Positions 31,943 through 32,000 of a DNA stretch of 32,000 nucleotides are shown here, piece by piece. The notes under the pieces were generated by a model. The model saw only the letters and a list, made by a program, of their open reading frames with translations, was not told the DNA's origin and made no database searches. This DNA is from Candidatus Saccharimonadota bacterium. GTDB lineage: Bacteria; Pseudomonadota; Gammaproteobacteria; Enterobacterales; Enterobacteriaceae. A program made the position numbers and the translations under genes. The stretch lies in contig CP001817.1 of NCBI GenBank assembly GCA_000217635.1, positions 360,001 to 392,000 of the forward strand. Direction: 5' to 3'. How positions within the stretch are numbered: position 1 is the first letter of the stretch; every line of letters starts with the position of its first letter.

Positions 31943-32000
31943 TTAAATAACTTCATTGGTTGATTTAAATGCACGAACTTTCTTGTTATTTACCCAAATA
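31943..32000 (-). CDS. rplX: 50S ribosomal protein L24, C-terminal 18 codons (continues past the right edge)
   Basis: The minus strand reads ...[18 protein letters not shown] with its stop at 31943-31945. The E. coli L24 C-terminus is ...EDGKKVRFFKSNSETIK. It occupies the expected position upstream of rplE. Confidence 0.8.
   Translation of the reverse strand, partial: IWVNNKKVRAFKSTNEVI

Overview
This window is a housekeeping stretch of an extremely A+T-rich, strongly reduced gammaproteobacterial endosymbiont chromosome. By eye it is roughly 80% A+T outside the RNA genes. The gene order is cyoB-cyoA / bolA-clpP-clpX-lon-ppiD / ffs / dnaX-ybaB-htpG-adk / tRNA-Arg / folD / cysS / ybeD / cspE / rrf-rrl-tRNA-Glu / aroE / def-fmt / rplQ-rpoA-rpsD-rpsK-rpsM-rpmJ-secY-rplO-rpmD-rpsE-rplR-rplF-rpsH-rpsN-rplE-rplX. 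That is the ancestral enterobacterial order with many genes deleted. From memory it matches Buchnera aphidicola, including a 23S-5S unit separated from 16S; the organism assignment is an inference. I found no mobile elements, CRISPR array, defence or toxin island, or large unexplained ORF, so I cannot support a novel multi-gene system here. The most unusual signal is a recurrent pattern: conserved genes whose reading frame breaks exactly at sense-strand poly(A) tracts. These are clpP, ybaB, def (twice), fmt and htpG. In htpG a compensated pair of shifts leaves the ORF open but reads about 20 conserved codons out of frame. The breaks could be real and partly rescued by polymerase slippage, or they could be homopolymer sequencing errors; the sequence alone cannot decide. 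Other points: ppiD and aroE are in-place pseudogenes, short AT-rich scars sit where tig, mdlAB, recR and tsaC/smg/dprA lie in relatives, and dnaX is short and gamma-like. Three genes are absent from the ORF track: ffs, rpmJ and the rplX 3' end.
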